Assembly: GCA_963796445.1 (NCBI GenBank)
Contig: CAWCLQ010000020.1
Span: 55,455-119,454 of the forward strand
DNA from: an uncultured Alphaproteobacteria bacterium
GTDB taxonomy: Bacteria > Pseudomonadota > Alphaproteobacteria > Rhodobacterales > Rhodobacteraceae
Reading direction: 5' to 3'
DNA length: 64,000 nucleotides
Shown here: positions 8,913 through 18,239 of the stretch, piece by piece
How the letters are laid out: each line of letters begins with the position of its first letter
Position numbering within the stretch: the first letter of the stretch is position 1
Program-made: the position numbers and the translations under genes
The notes under the pieces: model-generated
Seen by the model: only the letters and a program-made list of their open reading frames with translations
What the model was told of the DNA's origin: nothing
Database searches by the model: none

Positions 8913-10127
8913 TCATGCGAAGGCCACCTCCGACATTTCCTTTTTGAGTTGCAACAAGGCACTGACCGCATCGCGTGCGGCTGTGTCTGTGCCTTCAAGT
9001 TGAAGCAACATGATGACTTGTTCACTTTCCAGTACATCTTCACGCATCGCGTTGATCTGCGCGTCGTCGCTGCGTGCATCCATCAACAAGGTGGCAAGCG
9101 CCTGGGCTGCTTGTGCAGAATGGGCCAGTAATTCCTTCGGTTGTGGAGCTGCTGCACTGGTCGAGACCATCTCATCTGCGCAATCCTGCAGAATGGTCAA
9201 AGCGGTATCCAGTGCCTCGTGGCGCTTCATCGGTTCGATGTCCGAAACCTCTTTGGCGACCGGTTCGGTTGTCGCAGCTTCGCTAACGTGCCTTGTCTCT
9301 TTTGGGTCTTTCGGGCTGACATGCGCCAAGAGCATCTGAACATAGTCCAAGTCTGCTTTGCGACCGGTATCTATGTGGTTCAGAACGCTGTCAAACAGCG
9401 CTTTGCCGCCGCTTGCCGCCCATCTGCCTTCGTCGATAGATTCACCGGAACGGGCAGCGATCGCCTGTTTCGTGGCGACAGGGAACAGCCCCAGAAATTC
9501 CTCTGCACAGTCTGCTTCAAACCGTTCGGTCAAAGCGCGCAAAGTGCCTTTCATCTGCAACTGGTCCGCTTTCGTCAGTGCTAGAAAGCTGTGGTCTTTC
9601 AGTTCTTCAGAAAACTGCGCCCACGTGGCTTGTTCACGGGCGTTAAAGTCCTGCGAGCACCAGATCGTGATATCCGTTGTCTCCATGGCCCAGTGCATAG
9701 CACGGGCTTGCATTTCCGGAGCGGCAGTCAAATTGACCTCAGCCAGTGCCATTTCGCCAAGCTCCGGCAGAGGCATTGTCTGGATCACACGGAAAACAGC
9801 AGCGGGTAAATCATGTTGGCTCGCACGGCCTTGATGCTCGGTTCCGATACCATTGTCGGTTTCATAGCGCACACTTTCGGATGTGCCATTGCGCAGTTCA
9901 AAGACAGTTACGCCAACCAGATCAGGCAGGTTTTCCGACCCAAGCATCATCCTCATCAGGCTGGACTTGCCGACGCCGGGATATCCGATAATGGTAACTT
10001 GGGTCGTCTTTTTCAGATGCGACAGCAACTTTTTCCCAACGTTCAAAAGCTCGCCGGTCAACTGCCGGTCCCCGACAGCCTCCTCAAGGCGCTGTATTGT
10101 ACTTTGAGAATCTGCAGTGCGTGTCAT
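8913..10127 (-). CDS. P-loop GTPase with a helical C-terminal domain (404 aa), dynamin/LeoA-like
   Basis: G1 GYPGVGKSSLMRMM, G4 TKAD. The start at 10127 gives an ATGA overlap with the PP2C stop at 10124. Confidence 0.65.
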   Translation of the reverse strand: MTRTADSQSTIQRLEEAVGDRQLTGELLNVGKKLLSHLKKTTQVTIIGYPGVGKSSLMRMMLGSENLPDLVGVTVFELRNGTSESVRYETDNGIGTEHQGRASQHDLPAAVFRVIQTMPLPELGEMALAEVNLTAAPEMQARAMHWAMETTDITIWCSQDFNAREQATWAQFSEELKDHSFLALTKADQLQMKGTLRALTERFEADCAEEFLGLFPVATKQAIAARSGESIDEGRWAASGGKALFDSVLNHIDTGRKADLDYVQMLLAHVSPKDPKETRHVSEAATTEPVAKEVSDIEPMKRHEALDTALTILQDCADEMVSTSAAAPQPKELLAHSAQAAQALATLLMDARSDDAQINAMREDVLESEQVIMLLQLEGTDTAARDAVSALLQLKKEMSEVAFA

Positions 10128-10993
10128 CTTTCTTGTCTCCGCAGTTCGTCTGGTTCGGGGCCAACATATCCGTTTGGTACAAACACCTCTTCTGTGCTCT
10201 TGGTCCGGTCGGCCACTTTCAGAATGCACAATGAAACGTTGTCTTGTTCTGGATCATCCAATTCGACGATGGATTGCAGCAACCTCGAGCCGATATCAGC
10301 GCTTGGCTGATTTCGTGTTTCAAATACGACGCGAGCGATTTCCTGTTCTCCGATGAATTGAAGGCCATCGCTGGCCGCAATCAGGATGTCGTTGTCACGC
10401 AATTCGATCGGCGTATCACGGCAGTCGATCTCTGGTATACTCTTGCCGATCAGGACAGATGTCAGACAGCTGCGATCGGGATGTTGCTGCGCATCTTCTT
10501 GCGCCATCTCGCCACGTGCGACCATCTTGTCCATGCGGCTGGCAAGAGAATGTTCTTCATTGAGACGGAACAGTCTGCTGCCGCGGAACAGGTAAAGAGG
10601 AGAGTCGCCGACAGAAACCCAGTATAGCCGGTTTCCAAAGATGACCGGAGCAACCAGTGTCGACCCCATACCATGCATCTGGGTCTGTTCTTCTGCTACA
10701 TCTCCGACGCATTTGTTAGCCTCAACGACGGCGCGCTTCAAAATCCCGCCGATGTTGTCTTCCATTTCGACCGGATCATCGGCCAACATTTTGAGTTCGC
10801 TAAAAATTTCCGTGACAACAATCTTGCTGGCGATCTCACCCGCAAGGTGTCCACCCATCCCATCGGCAAGCACGATAAACCCGATGTCAGCACCATCAGC
10901 AAAGTCGATGGCAACTGCATCTTCTTGCTGATCGCGCTGACCCACGCTGATCGCGGGCGCCGCGTCATAGTTGTATTTCACGGTCTCAGGCAT
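10124..10993 (-). CDS. PP2C-family Ser/Thr protein phosphatase
   Basis: Motifs RDQQEDA, LADGMGGHLAGE, AASDGL. The start at 10993 overlaps the FHA gene stop (ATGCCTGA, 10986-10993). Confidence 0.85.
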   Translation of the reverse strand: MPETVKYNYDAAPAISVGQRDQQEDAVAIDFADGADIGFIVLADGMGGHLAGEIASKIVVTEIFSELKMLADDPVEMEDNIGGILKRAVVEANKCVGDVAEEQTQMHGMGSTLVAPVIFGNRLYWVSVGDSPLYLFRGSRLFRLNEEHSLASRMDKMVARGEMAQEDAQQHPDRSCLTSVLIGKSIPEIDCRDTPIELRDNDILIAASDGLQFIGEQEIARVVFETRNQPSADIGSRLLQSIVELDDPEQDNVSLCILKVADRTKSTEEVFVPNGYVGPEPDELRRQER

Positions 10994-12128
10994 GTTTGGC
11001 GACCTGTTCTTCGGACTGTGTCCAGCTGAAATCATCCGCGCAGAATGCGATGAACCGCAAAGTTGTCTCACCAAGACGGATAAGGTCTTTGTCTTTAAGC
11101 TCTTCGGTGCTGAGCAACGGAATATTGTTGACGCGTACCATGTTTGTCTTGCCGCTGTGGCCGATGAAGAACTTGTTCTGCTCTGAATCGAACGCGATCG
11201 AGACATGGTTGTCGCGCGAGATACTATTGTCACCAAAGTTCAGACAGACAGTCTGATCCGTGCCGCGTCCAACGCATGTCACACCGTCTTGAAGAGCAAA
11301 TGAAGCGCCGCGTCCCATTTCCGAGACGACGACCAGCCAGCCTACAGGGAAACTGCTGCCGGAGCTGGATTTCTTCTCGAATGGGTCGTTGCGTTCGATT
11401 GCGCCTGCTGAAAATCCGAGCAGACGTGTCTTCACCCGACCTGATCGACCTGATCCGCGCCCTTTTGCAGGCGATGGCATTTGCATCGGCGCGTCCATTG
11501 CGTCTGCCAAGGGTGTCATCGTGTCAAAAGGTTCTTCTGTGGCGACGGGCTCTGGCTCGGCGGCTTCGACGGGCTCTGGTTCAACTGGCTTTTTGACTGC
11601 TGAATGTGCGACGCTACGCATCGGGCTGACAGTTTTCGATGCTACTGGCTCTGCTTGCAGTGTTTCCCGCAGTTTGTCGAATGGGTCTGGCATATTCAGG
11701 TAGTCTTCGATGTCGTCGCCCGCTGGCTCATCTTCTATTTGGTTTTCTTCGACAAAGTCGTGCTTGGCGTTGGACTTAGCAGCATCTTTACTATCGCCCA
11801 TTGTCGCGGCGACACTGGCAAGGCGTTCGCGGTCGATGGAATCGAGCAATGACTGAACTTCGTCATCGTCGTCGTCATAATCTTCATAGGCGGCAAGCTC
11901 GTCGTCGTCGCTGGCGGTGCTTTTCGCCATGAATGCCTCTTGGGTATCGAGAGGGGGAGGTGTTTCCCCGAGCGGGTTCTGGCGCGCTTCGTCTGCATCA
12001 TCGAATGTCGGTGAATTCAACACGAGCGGTTCTACCGGTGCATCTAGCGCCGTACCTGCTTCGGTGCCATTTGGATCAATGGGCCTGCTGGCGCGTTTCT
12101 CTTTGATGATGTCGCGAATAAATCTCAT
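10986..12128 (-). CDS. FHA domain protein with a long acidic low-complexity N-terminus
   Basis: C-terminal FHA core CVGRGTDQTVCL...SISRDNHVSIAF...GKTNMVRVNN...LGETTLRF. The N-terminal ~270 aa are D/E/P/A-rich. Confidence 0.85.
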   Translation of the reverse strand: MRFIRDIIKEKRASRPIDPNGTEAGTALDAPVEPLVLNSPTFDDADEARQNPLGETPPPLDTQEAFMAKSTASDDDELAAYEDYDDDDDEVQSLLDSIDRERLASVAATMGDSKDAAKSNAKHDFVEENQIEDEPAGDDIEDYLNMPDPFDKLRETLQAEPVASKTVSPMRSVAHSAVKKPVEPEPVEAAEPEPVATEEPFDTMTPLADAMDAPMQMPSPAKGRGSGRSGRVKTRLLGFSAGAIERNDPFEKKSSSGSSFPVGWLVVVSEMGRGASFALQDGVTCVGRGTDQTVCLNFGDNSISRDNHVSIAFDSEQNKFFIGHSGKTNMVRVNNIPLLSTEELKDKDLIRLGETTLRFIAFCADDFSWTQSEEQVAKHA

Positions 12129-12139
12129 CTGGTGTCTCC

Positions 12140-13441
12140 TCAGGAATTTGACGGGGCACTATCAGCGCCATGATTTCTAGAAAAACAACGGTGTATTAGC
12201 CGCGAGATCAGTTTCCCCGCGCGCCCGGTTGTTGGATTGATTTGGTCGGAGTTGGAGGTGGATCCGCTCGAGGCGGAAGCGCGCCGTTCAATTTCTGTTT
12301 CTTGATCGCGTTGCCAGCGGTCGAAGTCGTTGATCGGATTGCCAAAAATGTCTACCAACGGTTTCTTTTCTGGTGGTGCATCCTTCTTGACCCGCGTTCG
12401 GTTTCGTACAGTCAGCTCGCCGCCTGTACCGTTACCGCCCATCTGGGTGTTTGTGATCTCTACGATCCGGGCGATTTCGTTTTCCAGGTTAGGATCAAAC
12501 CTGACCATTGCGCGTGGAAGAGGATGCTTCTTCGGCTGCGCTTCGAGGTCTTCAAGCCATTGTGCTGCTGACTGGTAACGGTTGCGCTGCCGCATTTTCA
12601 GCGCACGGTCGATTGTTACCAAAATATTGTAGTCAAAAGGCCATTCGCCCTCGACAAGCGGTTTATAGGGATCGGCTTTACCGCCGGTCAACGCTTTTAG
12701 ACGTGCCAAACTGTCGGGCGGAGGAGTGCCCGTCACAAGGTAGTGGAATGTGGCCCCGAGCGCGTAGAAATCGCTGGCAAAGTCATGTTTGCTTTTGGGA
12801 GTGTAGAATTCGTAGGGCGAATACCCGTCTTTTACGGCGAACATAGCAGGGCGCGACTGATCCGCGTGCTCTTTTGAGGCTCCAAAATCAATCAGAGTTA
12901 CGTGACCGTTGTCGTCGATCATGATGTTGTCGGGGGACACGTCACGATGTAGCACGTGATTTTGGTGGATAAAGCCAATTGCGGTCAAGCATTGCTGTAG
13001 AGCACTGTGCAAGCAGTCTTTAGTAAGCAGCTCTGGCCGTTCTTCAGAGACGGTCACGAAATCCATGCCGTTGATCTTGTCCAACGCCATGTATGCAGTG
13101 TTGTTTTCTTCAAATACTTGATGCACGGCGACAATGCCGGGGTGAACCAGTTTAGCGAGTTGCCGTGCCTCACGGATAAATTGCGATTTGATGGCGTGAA
13201 AATCCCCGGCGGCCTTCTCCGATGCAGGATAGACCTTTGTTCCTTTGCGGGTGCACAGTCCTGAGGGGAAACACTCTTTGACAACCACTTGCCGTGCCAG
13301 ACTGTCGCGCGCAATGTAGGTCACGCCGAAACCGCCGCTGCGTAGCCTTGACTGAATCAGAAACTGACCGTTCAGAAGCTCTGTTCCGACGGTTAAATCC
13401 TCTGCGTCAGCGAAGTTATTTCCCGCTAGCATATGGTTCAC
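12140..13441 (-). CDS. Hanks-type Ser/Thr protein kinase (cytoplasmic, no TM segment seen)
   Basis: GGFGVTY glycine loop, VVVKE lysine, HRDVSPDNIMI catalytic loop, DFGASK, SPYE. There is an 11-nt gap with a GAGGAG Shine-Dalgarno before the FHA gene. Confidence 0.9.
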   Translation of the reverse strand: MNHMLAGNNFADAEDLTVGTELLNGQFLIQSRLRSGGFGVTYIARDSLARQVVVKECFPSGLCTRKGTKVYPASEKAAGDFHAIKSQFIREARQLAKLVHPGIVAVHQVFEENNTAYMALDKINGMDFVTVSEERPELLTKDCLHSALQQCLTAIGFIHQNHVLHRDVSPDNIMIDDNGHVTLIDFGASKEHADQSRPAMFAVKDGYSPYEFYTPKSKHDFASDFYALGATFHYLVTGTPPPDSLARLKALTGGKADPYKPLVEGEWPFDYNILVTIDRALKMRQRNRYQSAAQWLEDLEAQPKKHPLPRAMVRFDPNLENEIARIVEITNTQMGGNGTGGELTVRNRTRVKKDAPPEKKPLVDIFGNPINDFDRWQRDQETEIERRASASSGSTSNSDQINPTTGRAGKLISRLIHRCFSRNHGADSAPSNS

Positions 13442-13782
13442 TGGTCTCGTCCGATTGCCAAGGTTGCGTTCTGGACAGAAAATCTGCCTTTTAATTCATT
13501 TTTAATATTCTTCTCAGAATGTGCGGATAAAAAGGCAGTCGTTTGTCAGCGATGTGTTGTTTGCATCTGGTAAAAACAGTGTTTCCAACCTGTTTGACCG
13601 TCAGAGATTTTCTGACGGCAGACCGCATTTCCAAAGAGGTGGAATGACAAAAAAATCCCGCAAGGTCTTGTAAAACAGAACTATACGCAGCCTGCATATA
13701 TTCTATGCGTTGCACAATTCATGGTGCTACCAGAAACGTGTGGGTACCCGCGGCACCCGTTCATTTGCGATGGCAAAGGATG

Positions 13783-16167
13783 CTAGTCGAGCAAGCCCCG
13801 CAGTGCCGCGCCTAGGTCATTCAGGCTGTAAGGCTTACGCAGAACGGGGTGGCGTTTGCTATCCTCCACCCTACCGATTTCAGCACCGCTTGCATACCCG
13901 GTAGCAAGTAGGATCTTAAGCGCCGGGTTGATCTGAAGCGCCTCATCCGCCACATCAAACCCGGTCATTCCTCCCGGCATCACCACATCGGAAAGCACAA
14001 GATTGATCTCAGTGTTGCTGCGCAGAATTGCCAACGCGGCAGGTCCGTTTTCAGCCGCCAGTGTTTTGTAGCCTAGATTTTCCAACCGGGTTACTGTCAA
14101 CCGCTGGACACGCGCATCATCTTCGACAACCAGAATGGTTTCGTTTCGAGATGGTGGAATACCGTTCTCAGTGGGTGGCTCTGTATCTGGTTGGTCTGTT
14201 GGGGAGGGCGGCAGATACAACGTGACTGTGGTGCCCACGCCTTCCTCGCTATAGATTGCGACATGGCCGCCCGATTGCTTGGCGAATCCATAGACCATGC
14301 TGAGGCCGAGGCCAGACCCCGCGCCAACACCTTTGGTCGTGAAAAATGGCTCGAATGCGTGCGCAATTACGTCGCCAGACATGCCAAGCCCGGTATCGGT
14401 GACGGACAACGCGGCATAGGCACCCGGCTCGACATCCACTTGGGTCGCAGCATAGTCTGCATCGAGAACGACGTTTCTTGTTTCAATCGTAAGAGAGCCA
14501 CCTTCGGGCATCGCATCGCGCGCGTTAATGGCGAGGTTCAGAATGGCGTTTTCGACCTGACCGGGGTCGGTTAGCGTCTGCTTCAGATCATCTGCAAGAC
14601 TGGTATCGACAAATATGTCATCGCCAAGCGTCCGGATCAAAAGCGGTGTGATCGACAGCACAAGTTCGTTCAACGAGATAACGGTGGGATCAAGCGCCTG
14701 TTTGCGAGAAAAGGCCAGCAGTTGCGTGGTCAGTTTTGCGCCAAGATCTGAAGCTTCCAGCGCTTCGGTCAACAGCTCTTTCTTCGGAAACTCACCAAGC
14801 TGCATTTCAAGCAGTTCCAGATTGCCGATAATCACCGTAAGCAGGTTGTTGAAGTCATGCGCCAACCCGCCGGTAAGCTGACCAACTGCCTCCATCTTTT
14901 GTGCGCGCTGCAACGCGTCGCGGCTTTTCATATCCTCCGTCAGATCATGTATGATTCCGGTGAAATTGCGTTCACCGTCTATCCACCATTCGGCAACGGT
15001 CAACCTGATCGGCACATCCGATCCATCCTTGTGGCGCGCGCTCATCTCGCGCCCGATGCCGATGATCCTTTTCTCGCCAGTTTCAATGTAGCGTGACATG
15101 TAATCGTCATGCTTTTCTTGATGTGGTGCAGGCATCAACATTTTCACATTCTGGCCCACCACCTCGTCTGATCTAAAACCAAGAATAGTCTTTGCCGCAG
15201 GGCTGTAACTGGTCACAACGCCAGTTTCGTTAATCGTGATAATCGCCTCGGGGGCCGCATCAAGAATGGCACTGAGCCGCGCTTCGCGGTCTTTCAACCC
15301 ATGCGCTATTTCGATCTGGTCGGTGACATCTTCCAAGGCAAGCAGAATGAATTTACTGCCGTGGCTATCGTCTAGTACGGCGCGGGCGTTCACCAGCATT
15401 GACCGGGTGTCTTCATTGCCCAGGTCGACAGTGATCTCGTGATCTTTGACAATGGTTTTATCGGGCAAGATTTTTTCCAGAAGGTTACGGAACGCAGACT
15501 GGGCCCACTGGCCGTCTTGCAACTCATATAGCGCCTTGCCTTCGGTATCTTCGGGTGTTGTCCGAAAGGTTGTCAGAAAGGACCGGCTGGCCTTGACCAC
15601 GTGCAGATCCTTGTTCAGCACCAGCATCGGTTCGCGCACTGTGCCGACAATGGCTTCTGCAAACTTTTGCGCCACCTGCGAGGCTTGTTCCAGCACTTTC
15701 AACTCGGTCACATCAGAGAAGGTAATGACCACACCTTCGATTTTCCTATCCTGTGTTTGGTAGGGCAAGATGCGTCGGATAAACCATTTGTTGTCTTCCG
15801 CCTGCACTTGCGCCTCGATCGGCTTTAAATTCTCCAGAACCGACGCCGCATCCGCAAGCAAAGCGGGGTCACAAATTTTCCCGGTGATGTCGCTGAAGGG
15901 CCGGCCCACATCTTTTGCGACTACATTGAACAAATCGCGGGTGGATGGGGTGAACCGCATGATCTGCAAATCGCGGTCCAGAAATAAAGTGGCGATCCCG
16001 GAACTCGATAGTAGGTTGTTCAGATCGTCGGTTAGACGGCGTTCGTCTTCGATCTTTTGTTGAAGTTGAATGTTAAGCGTTGTCAGCTTTTCGTTCAGCG
16101 AGTGCAGTTCTTCCTTGGATGTCTCCAGCTGCTCATTGGTCGATTGGAATTCTTCGTTCATCGACAT
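13783..16167 (-). CDS. Hybrid sensor histidine kinase/response regulator (PAS-PAS-HisKA-HATPase-REC), the intact 3' remnant ORF of the decayed megagene
   Basis: 794 aa. NEELxS coiled-coil linker at the N-terminus, H-box GGLAHDFNNLLTVI, G-boxes DTGLGM / GSGLGLS, C-terminal receiver (ILVVEDD ... LSDVVMPGG ... LRKP). Confidence 0.75.
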   Translation of the reverse strand: MSMNEEFQSTNEQLETSKEELHSLNEKLTTLNIQLQQKIEDERRLTDDLNNLLSSSGIATLFLDRDLQIMRFTPSTRDLFNVVAKDVGRPFSDITGKICDPALLADAASVLENLKPIEAQVQAEDNKWFIRRILPYQTQDRKIEGVVITFSDVTELKVLEQASQVAQKFAEAIVGTVREPMLVLNKDLHVVKASRSFLTTFRTTPEDTEGKALYELQDGQWAQSAFRNLLEKILPDKTIVKDHEITVDLGNEDTRSMLVNARAVLDDSHGSKFILLALEDVTDQIEIAHGLKDREARLSAILDAAPEAIITINETGVVTSYSPAAKTILGFRSDEVVGQNVKMLMPAPHQEKHDDYMSRYIETGEKRIIGIGREMSARHKDGSDVPIRLTVAEWWIDGERNFTGIIHDLTEDMKSRDALQRAQKMEAVGQLTGGLAHDFNNLLTVIIGNLELLEMQLGEFPKKELLTEALEASDLGAKLTTQLLAFSRKQALDPTVISLNELVLSITPLLIRTLGDDIFVDTSLADDLKQTLTDPGQVENAILNLAINARDAMPEGGSLTIETRNVVLDADYAATQVDVEPGAYAALSVTDTGLGMSGDVIAHAFEPFFTTKGVGAGSGLGLSMVYGFAKQSGGHVAIYSEEGVGTTVTLYLPPSPTDQPDTEPPTENGIPPSRNETILVVEDDARVQRLTVTRLENLGYKTLAAENGPAALAILRSNTEINLVLSDVVMPGGMTGFDVADEALQINPALKILLATGYASGAEIGRVEDSKRHPVLRKPYSLNDLGAALRGLLD

Positions 16168-17773
16168 CGCCTCTTGGTTCGCTGCCTTTAATACCTCGGT
16201 CGAGCGTTCGCATCCCCGAATGGTATTTTGTAACTCATGGCGCGTGGTGTCCAGCTATTGTTCCAGTGGTGAGCGCTGTCTTTGGCATCTGCGTCAGAGA
16301 CGGTGTCTGCTTTGTTGACCGGTTAATCGACAAAGGTGACAAGAACCAGTTTTACCCCGTCCACTTCCATCGCGGAGGCGCCTATTGTGACGGGTACGCT
16401 GCCAACCCAAGAAACAGCAAACCGTCATCATTCAGTGCAAAGTGGAACATCTGGATGACCCGTTCCTGCGCCTCAGCGTTCAGGTAAATCAACAGATTCC
16501 GGCACAAAATCAGGTCGCGTTTCGACAACGGCGCATCGGCCAGAATATTCTGGTTGTCAAAGACGACGGCATCGCGCAATTCTGGTTTGACGCGATAAGA
16601 ATGGTCTTCCTCGTCGAAAAAACGTCTGAGCCGTTCGGATGATAGATCGCCTACAATGGCGTCGGGATACACACCGGCACGTACTATTGCCAAGGCTTGT
16701 TCGGCCACATTGGATGCAAAAACCGGATTTTGACGCGTTTGCGCAAAGTCTGAATTTTTTCAATTAACAGCATTGCCAGTGAATAAGCTTCCTCTCCGGT
16801 GGCACAGGCAGGTACCCAGATGCGGATCGGCTGACCTGATGCACAATTCAGAACCAGATCGCGAATGACATGATCGGCCAGATAGGTGAACGCTTCTGCG
16901 TCACGGAAAAACGATATCACGCAGATCAGCAAGTCTGCGCACAGCTTTTCTGCCCCATCGGGTGAATCCCTAAGTAAGCTCATGTAATCGGTTGAACTTT
17001 CCATGTGGCGCAGGGCCATGCGCCGTTCTGTCCGGCGCAGTAGCGTGCCTTCTTGTAGTACTCAAAGTTGATTGGGGTGTGCGCTTTGAGGACTGCGATG
17101 ATCTGGGGCAACGCGCCACGCGCATTGTCACCTCAAACCTTTATGGTGCGTCCCTGCGCGATAAACGGATGTGCCGTGTAGTCGGGCAATGCCCTTGGGC
17201 ATTTTTGCGACCGGCAAAATATGATCGACCGCTCCTGACGAATTCGTGCTGCGGGGCATTCCGTCGTGTGCGGCTTCCTTGGGGTCCTGCACCAGAATTA
17301 TACCACCACTTTTCTTGACGCTGCGTATTCCTGCTGTGCCATCCCCACCTGTCCCAGGTAGAATGACGGCAACCGCATTCTCCGCCGTTCCGTAGGTTCG
17401 GTGAGGCGTCGCGCACCCTTTTCGATGCTAAAAAAGCGTTTGGCGGAATGATATAGACATGATCCGGCGCGATTGGCGTGCCCTCTTGTGCCAATGCGAC
17501 GGTCATTTTGGAATGTTTCGCAAGAAGATCGGCCATCAGGTTTTTATGATCGGGATCAACGTGATGGATTGCGACGAAGGCCATGCCGGTCTTATCGGGC
17601 AACGCTTCAAAGAAATCCGTAAACGCCTGCACTCCACCGGCAGAGGCACCAAGACCAACCACAGGGATTTTGGCCGAAACCGTGTTGGTCTCGGATATCT
17701 TCGCTTTCGTCGTGGGTTCTGACGGCGTTTTCGCAGACGCCTCTGTAGATGGCTTCTTAGCCTGTCGTGCCAT
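13783..17773 (-). pseudogene. CheB-CheR-PAS-histidine kinase-REC multidomain gene, broken by multiple frameshifts in its 5' 1.6 kb
   Basis: CheB GLGASAGGVQAF (ORF 17141-17773) continues as AVAVILPGTGGDGTAGIRSVKKSGGIILVQDP in another frame. CheR motifs: KKGTLLRRTERRMAL / FFRDAEAF / IRIWVPACATGEEAYSLAMLL (16684-17019) and LILCRNLLIYLN (16382-16708). There are at least four frame changes. Confidence 0.75.
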
Positions 17774-18033
17774 CAGTGTGTCTTCTGGTGTTCGATATAG
17801 CGCGTTCAGTTTTAGAAAGTTTCACCGCACTTGGCCAGTACCAACACGCGGCCACCTACGCCGGGTATCGGTCGGGAGCAAAGCTGGATTTTGGATGTTG
17901 GCAAATGAACCGCCATGGCCTTGCGCAGTGCGCAATTACGCCCCAAGCAATTAAGCCATTGCTTGGGGGCGCAGAACACCTGAAATCGCTACTACAATGC
18001 CTTATAGTTTAGTACGATATTGCAGTGGTTGCG

Positions 18034-18047
18034 TTGATTTTTGTCAA
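18034..18047. promoter_or_regulatory. FNR/FixK-like box TTGATTTTTGTCAA (1 mismatch)
   Basis: Lies about 260 nt upstream of the decayed cheB start, so its target is unclear. Confidence 0.3.
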
Positions 18048-18239
18048 CAATCAGCGGTTGAGAAGGAGGCCAGGAAGCAGCGTGCGGGATCGTAGCCGCT
18101 GCCGCACGGAGGCCGACGGTAGTTCGATCGTTGCACTCCTTACCGCAGCGCGAAGGATACCGTCAAAAGTACCAGCAACGCGCCGGTCAGCGTGACTGTC
18201 CACCAGATCCGTCGCTCCTGAGTTTGATGCCAGAACCAT

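Noticed and set aside
10994-11236. N-terminal extension of the PP2C ORF (ORF-track start at 11236), and similar 5' extensions at 10229, 6811, 3835, 31634, 31780, 50354 and 51642
   Set aside because: The extensions overlap the upstream gene or run into intergenic leaders. Internal starts give family-typical N-termini and canonical ATGA-type coupling or Shine-Dalgarno sequences.
13598-13618. 8-bp stem hairpin CCGTCAGA-GATTT-TCTGACGG, a possible terminator of the histidine kinase gene
   Set aside because: It has no adjacent T-run on either strand and lies 165 nt from the stop codon, so it is not convincing as an intrinsic terminator.
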